Shown: positions 1 to 11,630 of the stretch, piece after piece
How the letters are laid out: each line of letters begins with the position of its first letter
How positions within the stretch are numbered: position 1 is the stretch's first letter
NCBI RefSeq assembly: GCF_001194135.2
Contig: NC_068981.1
Coordinates: 189,454,142-189,494,328, forward strand
DNA from: Octopus bimaculoides
Taxonomy: Eukaryota
Length of the DNA: 40,187 nt
Direction of reading: 5' to 3'
The notes under the pieces: model-generated
Databases searched by the model: none
Seen by the model: the letters and a program-made list of their open reading frames with translations, nothing else
Told to the model about the DNA's origin: nothing
Translations under genes and position numbers: made by a program

Positions 1-2
1 AA

Positions 3-54
<52 letters not shown>

Positions 55-296
55 GTATATATGTATGTATACACAGACATGCAGGAAATTAATAGACACC
101 TTTAATTTTCAAAATTTCTGTTCGGACAGAACTTATGGGACCTGATATATCATTGGTATTATGTTAAACTGCTGTATGTCCAAATTTGACCAGATGCTTT
201 TTTTTTCAATATTTATTTTTGATTGCAATAGATGCTTCAGATGCCAAGATATCAAAAATTGTCAAAGTGTAGTACAACAGTTTTGCTATGGAATTT

Positions 297-706
297 TTTA
301 TTCTTTTATTCTTTTACTTGTTTTAGTTATTTGACTGTGGCCATGCTGGAGCACCGCCTTTAGTTGAGCAAATCGACCCCAGGACTTATTCTTTGTAAGC
401 CTAGTACTTATTCTATCAGTCTCCTTTGCTGAACCGCTAAGTTACGGGGACACCCAGCATCGGTTGTCAAGCAATGTTGGGGGGACAAGCACAGACACAC
501 AAACACACACACACTTATACATACATATACATATATATATATATATATATACGATGGGCTTCTTTCAGTTTCCATCTACCAAATCCACTCACAAGGCTTT
601 GGTCGGCCCGAGGCTATAGTAGAAGACACTTGCCTGAGGTGCCATGCTGTGGGACTGAACTCTGAAACATGTGGCTGGGAAGCAAGCTCCTTACCACACG
701 GTCATG
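297..706 (-). mobile_element. tRNA-related SINE, family A (5' head + central TA/CA microsatellite + CR1-like 3' tail)
   Basis: Minus strand reads head ...gtggtaaggagcttgcttccc...gagttcagtcccac (B-box-like), then a microsatellite, then ...ggtgctccagcatggccacagtc...aagtaaaagaataaaag tail. Homologous copies recur many times in the window. Confidence 0.85.
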
Positions 707-1354
707 TCTATTAGTTAATGTGTAATTCTAGGTCAGTGGTATATGTTCTATTCTAAAAGCTTACATTTACAGAAGATTTACTGTAAGTAAAGTTATCTTT
801 CAGATTAACAAGCTATAAGAGGTTTGTAGAGATGGATACAGAGAGAAGAAAACAATGCATTACCACCATTTAATCTCATCAAGTAAGTGAAGCCATACAT
901 GTATTGAAGTAAATGATTAAAATACTCATTGAAATGAAAATGATGAAGACATATTTGAGTAGACTCTCTGCAAATATAAGCTGAAGAAATTCATTTTCAA
1001 AGAAGTCCATTAAAAAAATAATCAAGAAGATGAGTACTTAAAACTAAATTTAATCCAGTAGCAAGACTAGTTTATGCTACCAGGTTCAGCATTCTCAAAG
1101 GACCTCATGCAAAATACTTGTTAGCTATCAATTTCAATTTGGTGATTCTTGCTCTCAGTGACATCCATTCTGCTGCATTCTTTGATGATGATAATTCTTA
1201 TTATGTTACCATTGTGAACAGAATGTTACTTATCAAGTGGTCAGCCCGTGGAGATGCAAACAAAAGTACATCCACCCGGCTTTTCGGCAAAAAAAAAAAA
1301 AAAAAATCAAGGCTTGCTTTGGTGTTTCAAATAACAATGATCTGAAGAGAGGAA

Positions 1355-1680
1355 TTGTTGTTGTTGTTTTTGTCACCATCGTCGTCATCGCCGCCGCCNN
1401 NNNNNNNNTCATCGCCGCCGCCGCCGCCGCCGCCACTGCGACCACCACCACCACCACCACCGCCACCACCGAAACCACCACCACCACCACCACAGGTGCC
1501 GCCACCACTGTCATTGCTGTCGCTGTCATTGTCATTGCCGTTATTATTGTCATCATCTCTCATCATGATCATCACCATCGTCGTCGCCGTCGTCGTCGTC
1601 ATCGTCATCGCCGTCGTCGTCGTCATTGTCATCGCCCTCGTCGTCATCATCGTAATCATTATCATCATCACCCTCATCCC
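1355..1680. repeat. Compound trinucleotide microsatellite (GTT/GTC/GCC/ACC/ATT/CAT/CGT) containing a 10-N gap
   Basis: Directly visible; explains the poly-T/P/G/H ORFs in the track. Confidence 0.95.
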
Positions 1681-2633
1681 CAACCCCTCAACACCATTTT
1701 AAACATGTTTTGCATGCTGGCTTGAGCTGGATTATTTGACAGGATCTGAAGTGTATAGAAAATGCTCAACAGTCCTAATGTAGAATTAACACCGGAATAC
1801 ATACATGCACACACGTGCACACACACACACACTTACATATATAAATACACACACGTAGCAGATGTACTATGAACAGAATCAAATGGAATCTTACATAACA
1901 AAATAAAGTCTCATTTTCTTTTAACTAGATATAATTATGTTGCTTTTGAAGTAAATCCACTCAAAAAAACACACCTTTATTCACTTAATTAGTGGAAGAT
2001 CAAAAAGATTTGTACACTTGGAGTTGATTCGTTTATATATATTCATAATTAATGTAAAACCAAACAAGCATTTTTGTAAACGAACTTTTGTCTTGAGGGA
2101 AAAATATGCATCTTGTTTTAAAATGAGGTTAGAAAATTCAAGAAGATACACTTTAAAATATAATTCTTCATTAACTGGAGCTGTGGAATATCCATAGTTA
2201 TTATCACCTGTGACAGGTAGTAAAAAAGTCTTGGGTGAGCTGAACAGCAGAAGGTTTTTTGTGAAGAAACCCATCTCAGTAAAGCGTTTTGGCCCTTAAC
2301 TTCTTACACTTTAAAGGGCTGGGTCACATCCAGGACATAACTCCTGGATGCTTGTCTGTTGCCATATTTTAAGTCATGACACTTCAATTTACACATTGCT
2401 GAGAGGTCAGAGGCCTCAGATCCAGGATGTCTTGGAGGTTGTAACCATTTTGGTCAGAGACATTAGTTCTATGTAAGGTAGATTATGTCTTCATAAGTTC
2501 ACATTTATTCATTCCTTGATCAGTTCCAGGTGGAATTCCTCTGGTCTACTTCTGTCTTTGCTTTTAGAACTCTTAGACGACAGGAGGGACGAGAAGAGAG
2601 AAGGCCTTTTGTGCTACCCAATACTAACTCTGT

Positions 2634-3105
2634 CGTCGTCATCATCATCATCATCATCATCATCATCACCATCAGCATCGTTTAACGTCCGTTTTCCATG
2701 CTGGCATGGGTTGGATGGGTTGACTGGGGACTGGCAAGCCAGGAGGCTGCACCAGAATCCAATCCGATTGGGCAAAGTTTCTACAGCTGGATGCCCTTCC
2801 TAACACCAACAACTCAGCAGAGTGTAGTGGGTGCTTTTGACGTGCCACTGGCATGGGAGCCAGTCAGGCGGCACTGGCATCGGCCACATTTGGGTGGTGG
2901 TTTCTACGTGCCACTGGCACAGGAACCAGTCGGGGCGGGAGCTGGCATGGACCATGTTCAGACGGTGCTTTTTGCATACCACTGGCACAGGGAGCCAGTC
3001 AGGCAGCACTGGCAATGACCTATGCATGAATGGTACTTATTGCATGCCACCAGCATGGGAACCAGTCAGGCGGCACTGGCATGGGCCACAACTACAATTT
3101 CCATT
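2634..3105 (-). mobile_element. Family B retroposon (RTE-type 3' end, (GAT)n tail) with four internal ~67-bp units
   Basis: (CAT)n followed by cgtttaacgtccgttttccatgctggcatgggttgg...ctggatgcccttcctaac, shared with more than 10 other copies; units start gtgccactggc at about 2848, 2908, 2976, 3044. Confidence 0.85.
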
Positions 3106-3639
3106 GTCTCAGAATAGAAACAGAGACTTCCCCTACAACTGAATATGTACACAAATACCAGTACAAAGAATACTACTGGAACATTCTCTCCAAAACATTT
3201 GACAAGTGTAAGCATAATGGCAGATATTGTTGTTTGGGACAGACAAAAAAATATGTATATGTATCATCAGAGAGGTCAGCTGTCCTGTTGATCTGAATAT
3301 CTCTTTGAAAATCAAAGAGAAAGAGGATAACTATGAACAACTGATTTAAAACCTCCAGCTTCTATATTCAAATTATAAATTTACATCTATATTAATAATA
3401 ATTGGTGAATCTGGTTTTGTGAGTAAATACCTGACAATGTATATAAGCTAGGGTTTTTCAGAAAATAAAATCAACTAACTTTCACATTATAAATATAATC
3501 TGTAAGGGGAAGAGTAAAATTATGCAAGTCTTTTCTCAAGCTTAAAATGTGTCTTCGCTTTTGTTATCTACATTCCAGTGATGGAGTTTTGCATCTTGGT
3601 TAGAAAGCAGTTACTTACTCAGAGAAAGAATTTAAATAA

Positions 3640-4087
3640 TTCTTTTCTACTCTAGGTACAAAGTCCGAGATTTTGGAGGAGTGGGGGCAGTCGATTAGAT
3701 CAATTCCAGTACATAACTGGTACCTAATTTATCAACTCCAAGAGGCTGACAGGCAAAGTCAACCTTGGCGGAATTTGAACTCAGAACATAAAGACAGAGG
3801 AAATATCACTAAGTATTTTGCCCAGTGTGCTAAAGTTTCTGCCAGCTCGCTGCCTTGGAGTTACCAAAATATTTCTTTTCTACTCTAGGCAAAAGGCCCA
3901 AAATGTTTTGGGAGGGGACCAATCGATTAGATCGACCCCAGCACACAACTGGTACTTAATTTATCAACTCCGAAAGGCTGAAAGGCAAAGTTGATCTCGG
4001 CGGAATTTGAACTCAGAATGTAAAGACAGACGAAATACTGCTAAGCATTTCGCTCGGTGTGCTAACGATTTTGCCAGCTCATGCCTT
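3640..4087 (-). mobile_element. Head-to-tail dimer of tRNA-derived SINE family C (Meta-domain-like)
   Basis: Two copies (3640-3856, 3872-4087). Minus strand has A-box-like gagctggcagaa, B-box gagttcaaattcc and gttgactttgcct...ttgataaatta.gtaccag, which resembles the MetaSINE/Sauria central domain as I recall it. Confidence 0.8.
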
Positions 4088-4163
4088 AAGAATTTAAATA
4101 ATTAAGAACATACATATGATTATATGATGATAAAAACTTTATATCATTTGTTGCCTGTCTATG

Positions 4164-4348
4164 TTTCACTCTTGTGGTTATTTGCATTCTTTGTAGAGGA
4201 TGGTTCAAACGCAATTGGATGCTGAATTACATCAGTTAATCAAGGAAATAATGCAATAAAGTGTTCTACTGATGTACTGTTGTAGTTCAGTATTTAAAGG
4301 CACCTGAAACATCTGCTACAGAGAATGCAAATAACCACAAGAGTGAAA
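4164..4348. repeat. Inverted repeat, 27-bp perfect arms (MITE-like/hairpin)
   Basis: tttcactcttgtggttatttgcattct (4164-4190) is the exact reverse complement of 4322-4348. Confidence 0.85.
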
Positions 4349-4602
4349 TGTAAATAGGAATCAAATGATATAAACCTGTGTTTATCACAATTTCTCCTAT
4401 ATTAGATCTGTATATTATAACTAGTAATTCTACTAAGTATAGCTTTAACCAAACCATTCTAATGGAAGCAGACTGGATGATGATAATAATCTATGTGGAG
4501 CTCTAAACTCAGCAATAGCAGTCTTATGTCGTCTAACTGCAGACACAATGCATCAAAAATCAAAATCAAATTCCAATCAGAATCTCAATCAGATTGAAAT
4601 CA

Positions 4603-4909
4603 AAAATGGAATTGTAGTTGTGGCCGATGCCAATGCCACCTGACTGGCTCCTATGCTGACGGCACAGTAAGAACCATTCATGCGTGGGTTATCGGCAGTG
4701 CTGCCTGACTGGCTCCCCATACTGGTGGCATATAAAAGCACCCACTACACTCTCGGAGTGGTTGGTGTTAGGAAGGGCATCCAGCTGTAGAAACTTTGCT
4801 TGATCAGATTGGAGCCTGGTGCAGTTGCTGGCTCTTCAGACCTCAGTCAAACCGTCCAACCCATGCCAGCATGGAAAACGGACGTTAAACGATGATGATG
4901 ATGATGATG

Positions 4910-4911
<2 letters not shown>
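4603..4911 (+). mobile_element. Family B retroposon with (GAT)n tail
   Basis: ggttggtgttaggaagggcatccagctgtagaaac...catggaaaacggacgttaaacgatgatgatg. Confidence 0.85.
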
Positions 4912-4940
<29 letters not shown>

Positions 4941-4956
4941 CATACATACATACACA

Positions 4957-5004
<48 letters not shown>

Positions 5005-5578
5005 TATTATATCTAATTATTTTTATTCATAGTTAAAAAGTTAAAGTTTAAAAGTTTAATGGAGTATATAATAGACAAAAAAACTATTTTCTATTTCCAT
5101 TTCATTTTGTTACAGATCAAAGTGTGTAAACTTCTTACTACTTTGTGTTAAAGTGTTTTCTATAACAAGTGTAAAGTGCTAAAAAAAGAAAAAAAAACCC
5201 TAAGAATAAACTTCTAAAGAATATTGTTTTATAATATTTTTATCAAATTACATACTGAAAATCTTTCATATTTGAAATATTGTGTAATAAAATTGAAAAG
5301 AAATATTTCACTGAGTTAAGAATGGCCAGAAAAAATAATTCTAAATACAAGTCATACATGTATTAGATCTTGAAATACAATGTTTTTTGGCCTCCCCATT
5401 CTTAATTGATTCATGTTTTGATGTGATATCTACTATGAAATCATCATTTTCCCATTTTGTACTTTGCTGTTTCCTTTTTGGTTTGGCTGATGAAATTTTT
5501 AGGCAGAAGAATGGTTTAAGTGCTCAACAAGCTTGTTTCTCAACTTTGTCATTTTGATTTCAAAAATCTCTTCTACTA

Positions 5579-6030
5579 AGGCAGCGAGCTGGCAGAAACG
5601 TTAGGACGCTGGCAGAAACGTTAGTACGCCGGGTGAAATGCCTAACGGTATTTCGTCTGCCACTGTGTTCTGAGTTCAAATTCCGCCGAGGTTGACTTTG
5701 CCTTTCATCCTTTTGGGGTTGATTAAATAAGTACTAGTTACACACTGGGGTTGATATAATCGACTTAATCCATTTGTCTGTTCTTGTTTGTCCCCTCCGT
5801 GTGTAGCCCCTTGTGGGCAGTAAAGAAATAAGAAACGTTAGCATGCTTAATAAAATGCTAAGCAGTATTTCATCTGTCTTTACGTTCTGAGTTCAAATTC
5901 CACCAATGTCAACTTTGCCTTTCATCCTTTCGGGGTTGATAAGTTAAGTACCAGTTGTGTACTGGAATTGATCTAATTGATTGGCCCCCTCCCCCAAAAT
6001 TTTGCATCTTGTGCCTTGAGTAGAAAAAGA
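5579..6030 (+). mobile_element. Head-to-tail dimer of SINE family C
   Basis: aggcagcgagctggcagaaacgttag...gagttcaaattccgccgaggttgactttgcctttcatcc (5579-5831), with a local duplication of gctggcagaaacgttag; a second 5'-clipped copy runs 5832-6030. Confidence 0.85.
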
Positions 6031-6289
6031 CAAAAGAATCTCTTCTACTAGAACCCCAGGCCAGCCAAGACCTTGCGAGTACATTTGGTAGATAAAAACT
6101 GAATAAAAATCCATCATATACATACATACAAACACACATGCACACATATATACATACATAGCATCACCATCATTATCATCATCATCATGTAATGTTTGTT
6201 TTTCCATGCCAGCATGAGGTGGACGGTTTGGTACCCTGGGCAAGTGTCTTGCCCAGGGTACTAAACTATCTATCTATCTGCAAAATACA

Positions 6290-6480
6290 AGTTGTGTCAT
6301 TTGTTTTGAATCTTCCATGAAAAACATGTCTAGCCATGAGGAAAGACTACTTTGCTTGGAAACCGATGAGGGTTGGTGACATGAAGAGCATCCAGCCATA
6401 GATAATCTGTCTCAATGGATTCCATGTGGCTTTTGCAAGCATGGAAAAGTGGACATTAAAACAACGACCATGATGACAAT
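6290..6480 (+). mobile_element. Diverged family B-related retroposon
   Basis: gttggtgacatgaagagcatccagccatag...gcatggaaaagtggacattaaaacaacg matches the family B 3' end. Confidence 0.55.
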
Positions 6481-7036
6481 GTTTAGCTTCAGGTCACTCT
6501 TGACCCTGCAGACACGTAAGCAAAGACATTCCAGGTATGTTTCATGGACCTTATTTTGAGACATAGCATATCTCGGACTACATTATTGAAATATGCCCTT
6601 CATTTTAGAAAATGCTAAGATGTCTGAGGGACACCTGAGAGAAATTTAGCATGCTGAGAGTCAGCACAGAACTTCTTTACAAAATCGAAATGTCAAATGT
6701 ATAAATGAACATCTTTCTAATAACCAAAGCTACAGATGGCCCTGTTCCTACGAAATCCTTTTGTGAACTTCTGTGAAGTCCTTTGAAGGTCAGGTGTTTA
6801 CATCATTCTGTCAACAATACATCGTGTAATATAATCTCTGTAACATGCAATTCACAATGCTGTGATCGAAGTGTAAAAATATTCCCTATACCACCACCGT
6901 CACCACCACTACCATTATCGTCACTGCTGACGTCTTCGTTGTTATAGACGGGGTTGAGTTCCCAATATCTTGCTTTAGCATGGTTTCTATGGCTGGATAT
7001 GCTTCCTAAACCCCATCCACTTTACTGAGTATAGTA

Positions 7037-7905
7037 CAGGGTGTAACCAAAAGTCACTGATGACTTTCAATTTTTAATAATTTCCTTAACTTTACAAATA
7101 AATGCATGAAACTTTGATAAAATATAAAGAACCTAATAGAAATTAATATGCACAAGTCAAAATTTTGCAACACCACTCCATCACATATGAAAAATGACGT
7201 TACTTAAATGGCAGCCATTTTCGGCTTCACATGCCTGTGCTCTTTCCAAAACTTGCACCATAATACCCTCAAGAGCTCAGACCCTACTTCTCTGATTTCT
7301 CTATTGATGTTCTCCTTCAGTTGCACCAGGGTCTCTGGTTTGTTGGTATAAACCCTCTCTTTCAGGTATCCCCACAAGAAAAAATCTGGGCTAGTCAAGC
7401 CTGGGGAATGTGAAGGCCAGATGACATTGCCGTAGTGGGAGATTTCTCTCTCTTTAAAGTATTGCTGTAGCAACTGCATTGTTTCTCTTGCAGTATGAGC
7501 AGTTGCCCCCATCTTGTTGGAACCATGTGTGGGGTCTACTTTGAATGGCCAGGCACAAGAAAGGTCTCAGTCATGGATAGCTGAAAGAGAGGGTTTACGT
7601 CTACAAACCAGAGACCGTGTTGCAACTGAAGAACAACAATAGAGTAATCAGAGAAGTGGGGTCTGAAACTCTTGAGGATGTTATGGTGCAAATTTTGGAA
7701 AGAGCATGGGTGTGCGAAGCCGAAAATGGCTGCTATTTAAGTGATGTCATTTTTCATCTGTGATGTAGGGGTATTGCAAAATTTGACTTGTGCATATTAA
7801 TTTCCATTATGTCCTTTATATTGTATCAAAATTTCGTGTATTTATTTATAAAGTTAAGGAAGTTATCAAAAATTGAAAGTCATCAGTGACTTTCGGAACA
7901 CACTA
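7037..7905 (-). mobile_element. Tc1/mariner (rosa/DD41D-like) non-autonomous fold-back element
   Basis: Starts TA|cagggtgt; terminal inverted motif aaagtcactgatgactttcaattttt at both ends; contains transposase C-terminal coding sequence. Confidence 0.9.
7204..7530 (-). pseudogene. Mariner-type DDD transposase C-terminal fragment, frameshifted
   Basis: TWFQQDG / (1-nt frameshift) ATAHTA...WPSHSPGLTSPDFFLWGYLKERVY. By manual count 41 residues separate the QQD Asp from the SPD Asp, the spacing of the DD41D (rosa) clade. Confidence 0.88.
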
Positions 7906-8199
7906 GAGTTGCATTCTTCATGACCTGAGAACTAGAGATGCCACCAAGTGACCTACAAGAGCAAACCTCCTGCAACTGAATGGGGGTGCAGTATTGAGAA
8001 AAGTGGATCTTTGTCAGGTGTTGAGAGACTGAAGTATGATAGAGTTTTAGGGACAGGTATCTTACTGAAAGAAGAGAAACATGGCTCCTGCCCTATTTTA
8101 AGGGTTGGTAGGTCTCTGCTCTAAAATCTTTACCATGTATAATTGTTAAGAAACTATGTTACAACCCTTAGGAATGAACAGTGAGGAATCATCGGTATC

Positions 8200-8469
8200 T
8201 GCAACTTGTTTCAATCATTGGACTACAATCATGCTGGGGCAGCACTGTGAAGGGTTTCTTTAATCAAACAAACTGACCCCAGTACTGTTTAAAAAAAAAA
8301 AAAAAGCCTGGTACATATTCTATCAGTTTCTTCCACTGAACTGCTAAGTTATTAGAACATGCTCAAACCAACATCAGTTGTCAAAAGGTGGTGAGGGACG
8401 AACATATACACAAAGACATGCATGCAGACACACACAAACATACATGCATACATACATCCATACATTCAA

Positions 8470-8508
<39 letters not shown>

Positions 8509-8845
8509 AAGTTAAATTATCTTATAAAGTATGATTTTTAAGTATACTTCACAATATATGGACTGCATTAAGAAGTACTCATTGCGAGCTAAATCGAAGG
8601 ATATTTATTTCATTGTTCCTTCTATAATTTCTCATACACACACACACACACACATATCTTATATACACACGCACACATATTTAGGGCAGGCTTCTTTCAG
8701 TTTCTGTCTAGCAAATCCAGTCACAAGGCTTTGGTCAACTTGGGACTATAGTAGTAGAAAACACTGGCTTAAGGTACCAAACAGTAGGACTGAACCTGGA
8801 ACCATGTGGGCTGGGAAGCAAGCTTCTCACCACACACACCCATGC
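8200..8845 (-). mobile_element. SINE family A, diverged, with extra unique sequence in its central microsatellite
   Basis: 3' half at 8200-8410 (cttgtttcaatcattggactacaatcatgctgggg), 5' half at 8686-8845 (ggcttctttcagtttctgtctagcaaatcc...gaacctggaaccatgtgg). Confidence 0.75.
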
Positions 8846-9829
8846 TTGATCATTAAGAAACTGTGATATTCCCAATCTGGTCACTTAGTTTGAGTTTTTG
8901 CTACAAAGTGTCCCCTGCTTGTTGGGCTACTATTTGTCCCACATGGAACTGTAATATTTTATAGTAGCACAAACACTACAGCAGTTGTTTTACTGCATTC
9001 AGAGCACCTCTGTCCTTTGATGGATGACCACATCAAGACACTTCAATGTTTCACTTTCATTGCAGCCAAAGACACTACACTACATTGATATAAGAACAAT
9101 AATCCTTGCATTGATATTCACTTACAGTGAACTTTATTAAAAGATAATTAACATACATAGGTTAACTTGGTATATTTATAGGCAGATGGTGAGTACGTAT
9201 AGAATAACCATTATGAAAGCAACTCTCAATTTAGCTTCTGTCGTAAAAGAAGTGACTCCAAAATGTAATATATCAAAATTAGCTATGGTATTTCTTTTCA
9301 GCTTCACTTTTCAAAGGAACTTAACATATGACTTCCAATAATTCAATAAATACATTTTCTTTTGATCTCTTTTGCTGCAGAACATTTCCTGTCTTGATTT
9401 CCAGCATGTGAAGGACATTATCACTTCTGTGTTTGTTTCATCATTTCTAACAAAATTGCATCATTTCCTGTTTTCTTGTTGAATGAAGGAAAAAGAAAAG
9501 TAATATATTATTTGCAGCTGTAAACTCTTCTTTTATCTAACAGCAACTGTTAACAAAACATTTCTTTATTAGCAATTACAAATACACTATTTAGAAAAGT
9601 TTTTAAATGAATTCAATTCTAAAATAGATATCTTTTCATGTATGAACCAGCTCAAATCTGGAGAAACAAACTAAATTTAAATATCCTGAAACCTTTCTGG
9701 GGGTTAAATAAGAATGAGAATGTAGACATGATCATTCTACACCATTCGTCATCATCATTTTAACATTGACTTTTCCGTGTTTGCTTGAGTTAGAAGGAAT
9801 TAAATGGGGCCCTGGCTAGGTAACTATGT

Positions 9830-10440
9830 ATCTCCTTTACAGCAGCACACTGCTTTCTTGTTACCTGTCCCTCTCTCTCTAGGTAGCCATGTCCCTCCAC
9901 TTCAGCAACACACCTGTTTCTGCCCTCATTCTTGTTAACTCATGCAATCTTTCCCACTCTTTCTCTCCCTCTCTTCCTTTTCCTCTCTCTCTCACTCTGG
10001 CTGAGTGACCATGGACCTCCTCTACAGTAAGGCATCTGTTTCTGTCTCTCTCTCACACTTGAACTTTGCATCGTCTGACACAAGATCCCCTCCTCCAATG
10101 CTCCCTTCCCTCTCAAAGACTCTTTGTTTTGCATAGTTACTTGGTGACCCTGCCACTACAGGTGCCTCTTAAAAAGCACCCAGTCCACACTGTAAAGTGG
10201 TTGGCATTTCGAAGGGCCAGCAGCTGTAAAAACCTTGCCTAAACTGACCTCACATGTGCTAGTACCACTTAGAAAGCATCCAGTCCACACTGTCAAGTAG
10301 ATGGCATTTGGAAGGCTATCCAGGTGTAGAAAACCTTGTCCAACCTGACCACACCTTTGCTGGTGCCATATAAAAAGCACTCAGTCCACTCACCTTAGTC
10401 AAATGACTGAAACAAATAAAAGAATAAAAGAATAAAGGGA
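9830..10440 (+). mobile_element. Family B-like body with internal duplication, ending in a family A-type tail
   Basis: aagcacccagtccacactgtaaagtggttggcatt occurs twice (about 10174 and 10273); ends gtcaaatgactgaaacaaataaaagaataaaagaataaa. Confidence 0.6.
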
Positions 10441-10454
10441 TTCTGGCCCCTTCT

Positions 10455-10735
10455 GTCATACTTTAACCTCTCCCTCTCTACCGCAGCTCCACTCAGTCAA
10501 AGAGATCTTTGTGTTGCAAACTACATGGTGATCTTACCAGTACTGGTGCCATGAAAGAAGCAAGCAGTAAATTCTGTAAAGTGTTTGGCATTAGAAAGAG
10601 CATCTAGCTGCTAAATCACCCAAAGCAGATGCTGGAACACAATGTAGTCCCCTCACCTGCTGGACTGGACCCTTTTGAACCATCCAGCCAATGCTGGCAT
10701 GGACCCTAAACATTAAAAGACAATGCTGGTGATGG
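10455..10735 (+). mobile_element. Old, diverged family B copy
   Basis: tgtaaagtgtttggcattagaaagagcatctagctg...aaccatccagcccaatgctggcatgg. Confidence 0.55.
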
Positions 10736-11074
10736 CTTAGGAAGTATAATTATGGTTTTGCTAAAATGGCTTCTGTTGGTGAAAGGTTAAAAACTGACAT
10801 TCTAGAATCTGCTTAGAATATGTTTGCTTTTTAGATGATGAATCTCCTTTAGTCATTGCTCAAGCTTGACTCTAATGTGGCCTTCATAGTTTTGCACATG
10901 CCTCATACTACAGGATGTTTGATCAGTGAAAATAAAACCTTCTCTGCCAACTGATCTAATAATTCTTTTAATGTCTTATACATCTTAAAGCCAATGGATT
11001 ATATTCAAGATGTGAATGTAATTTATTCATACCGATCTTCAACCTTCCATATCTACTCTCTCACTCACTATGTA

Positions 11075-11104
11075 CATACGTATGTGTGTATATGTGTGTG
11101 TATT

Positions 11105-11159
<55 letters not shown>

Positions 11160-11465
11160 GACTATGTGTGTGTTTGTGTTTCTGTGCGTGTAAGTGTGTG
11201 TGTGTTTATATGTGTGTGTTAGTTTGTGTGCATGCATGAGAAAGAGAAAGAGGTAAGGAACAAGTGGGTACATGTGTTAGTTTGCATGTATGTGTGCATG
11301 CCTGTGTTGAGCATATGCATGTGCTTTCACATGCTCAACTGCAGGATTTTGCATATGTGTGTGTGTGCATGCCAACATATTATATGCACATACATACATA
11401 CATATATGCATATATATGTAAATATATATATTTACATATGTAATGTATATATATGTTTATATAAT

Positions 11466-11516
<51 letters not shown>

Positions 11517-11630
11517 GTACATATACATGTACATATATACAAGTACATAAACATACACACAGTTGCATGCATATGTACACACATCCATATACATATACAT
11601 ACATCCACATACATGACAGCCACTTCAGAT
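11075..11630. repeat. (TG)n/(TA)n/(TACA)n microsatellite field
   Basis: Directly visible. Confidence 0.9.

Larger units (their letters stand above)
6890..8110 (-). mobile_element. Diverged family B retroposon interrupted by the mariner at 7037-7905
   Basis: 6890-7036 has the tail and gtttctatggctggatatgcttcctaa; 7906-8110 resembles the reverse complement of the family B upstream region at 10060-10160. Confidence 0.5.

Noticed and set aside
804-882. Possible exon (ctttcag...CAA|gtaagt) and nearby 10-16-nt micro-exon patterns at 765-790
   Set aside because: Stops in all three frames; micro-exon signals occur on both strands, as expected by chance in AT-rich DNA.
1233-1725. Overlapping ORFs with poly-Pro/Gly/Thr/His tracts (formin- or His-rich-like)
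   Set aside because: All frames on both strands are open only because of pure trinucleotide repeats; includes a gap; no flanking domain or splice evidence.
1981-2274. 97-aa minus-strand ORF with a possible acceptor at about 2210
   Set aside because: No recognisable homology and no convincing donor.
3800-3856. tRNA gene-like A/B boxes in families A and C
   Set aside because: They are SINE heads; no cloverleaf with anticodon arm and acceptor stem can be built.
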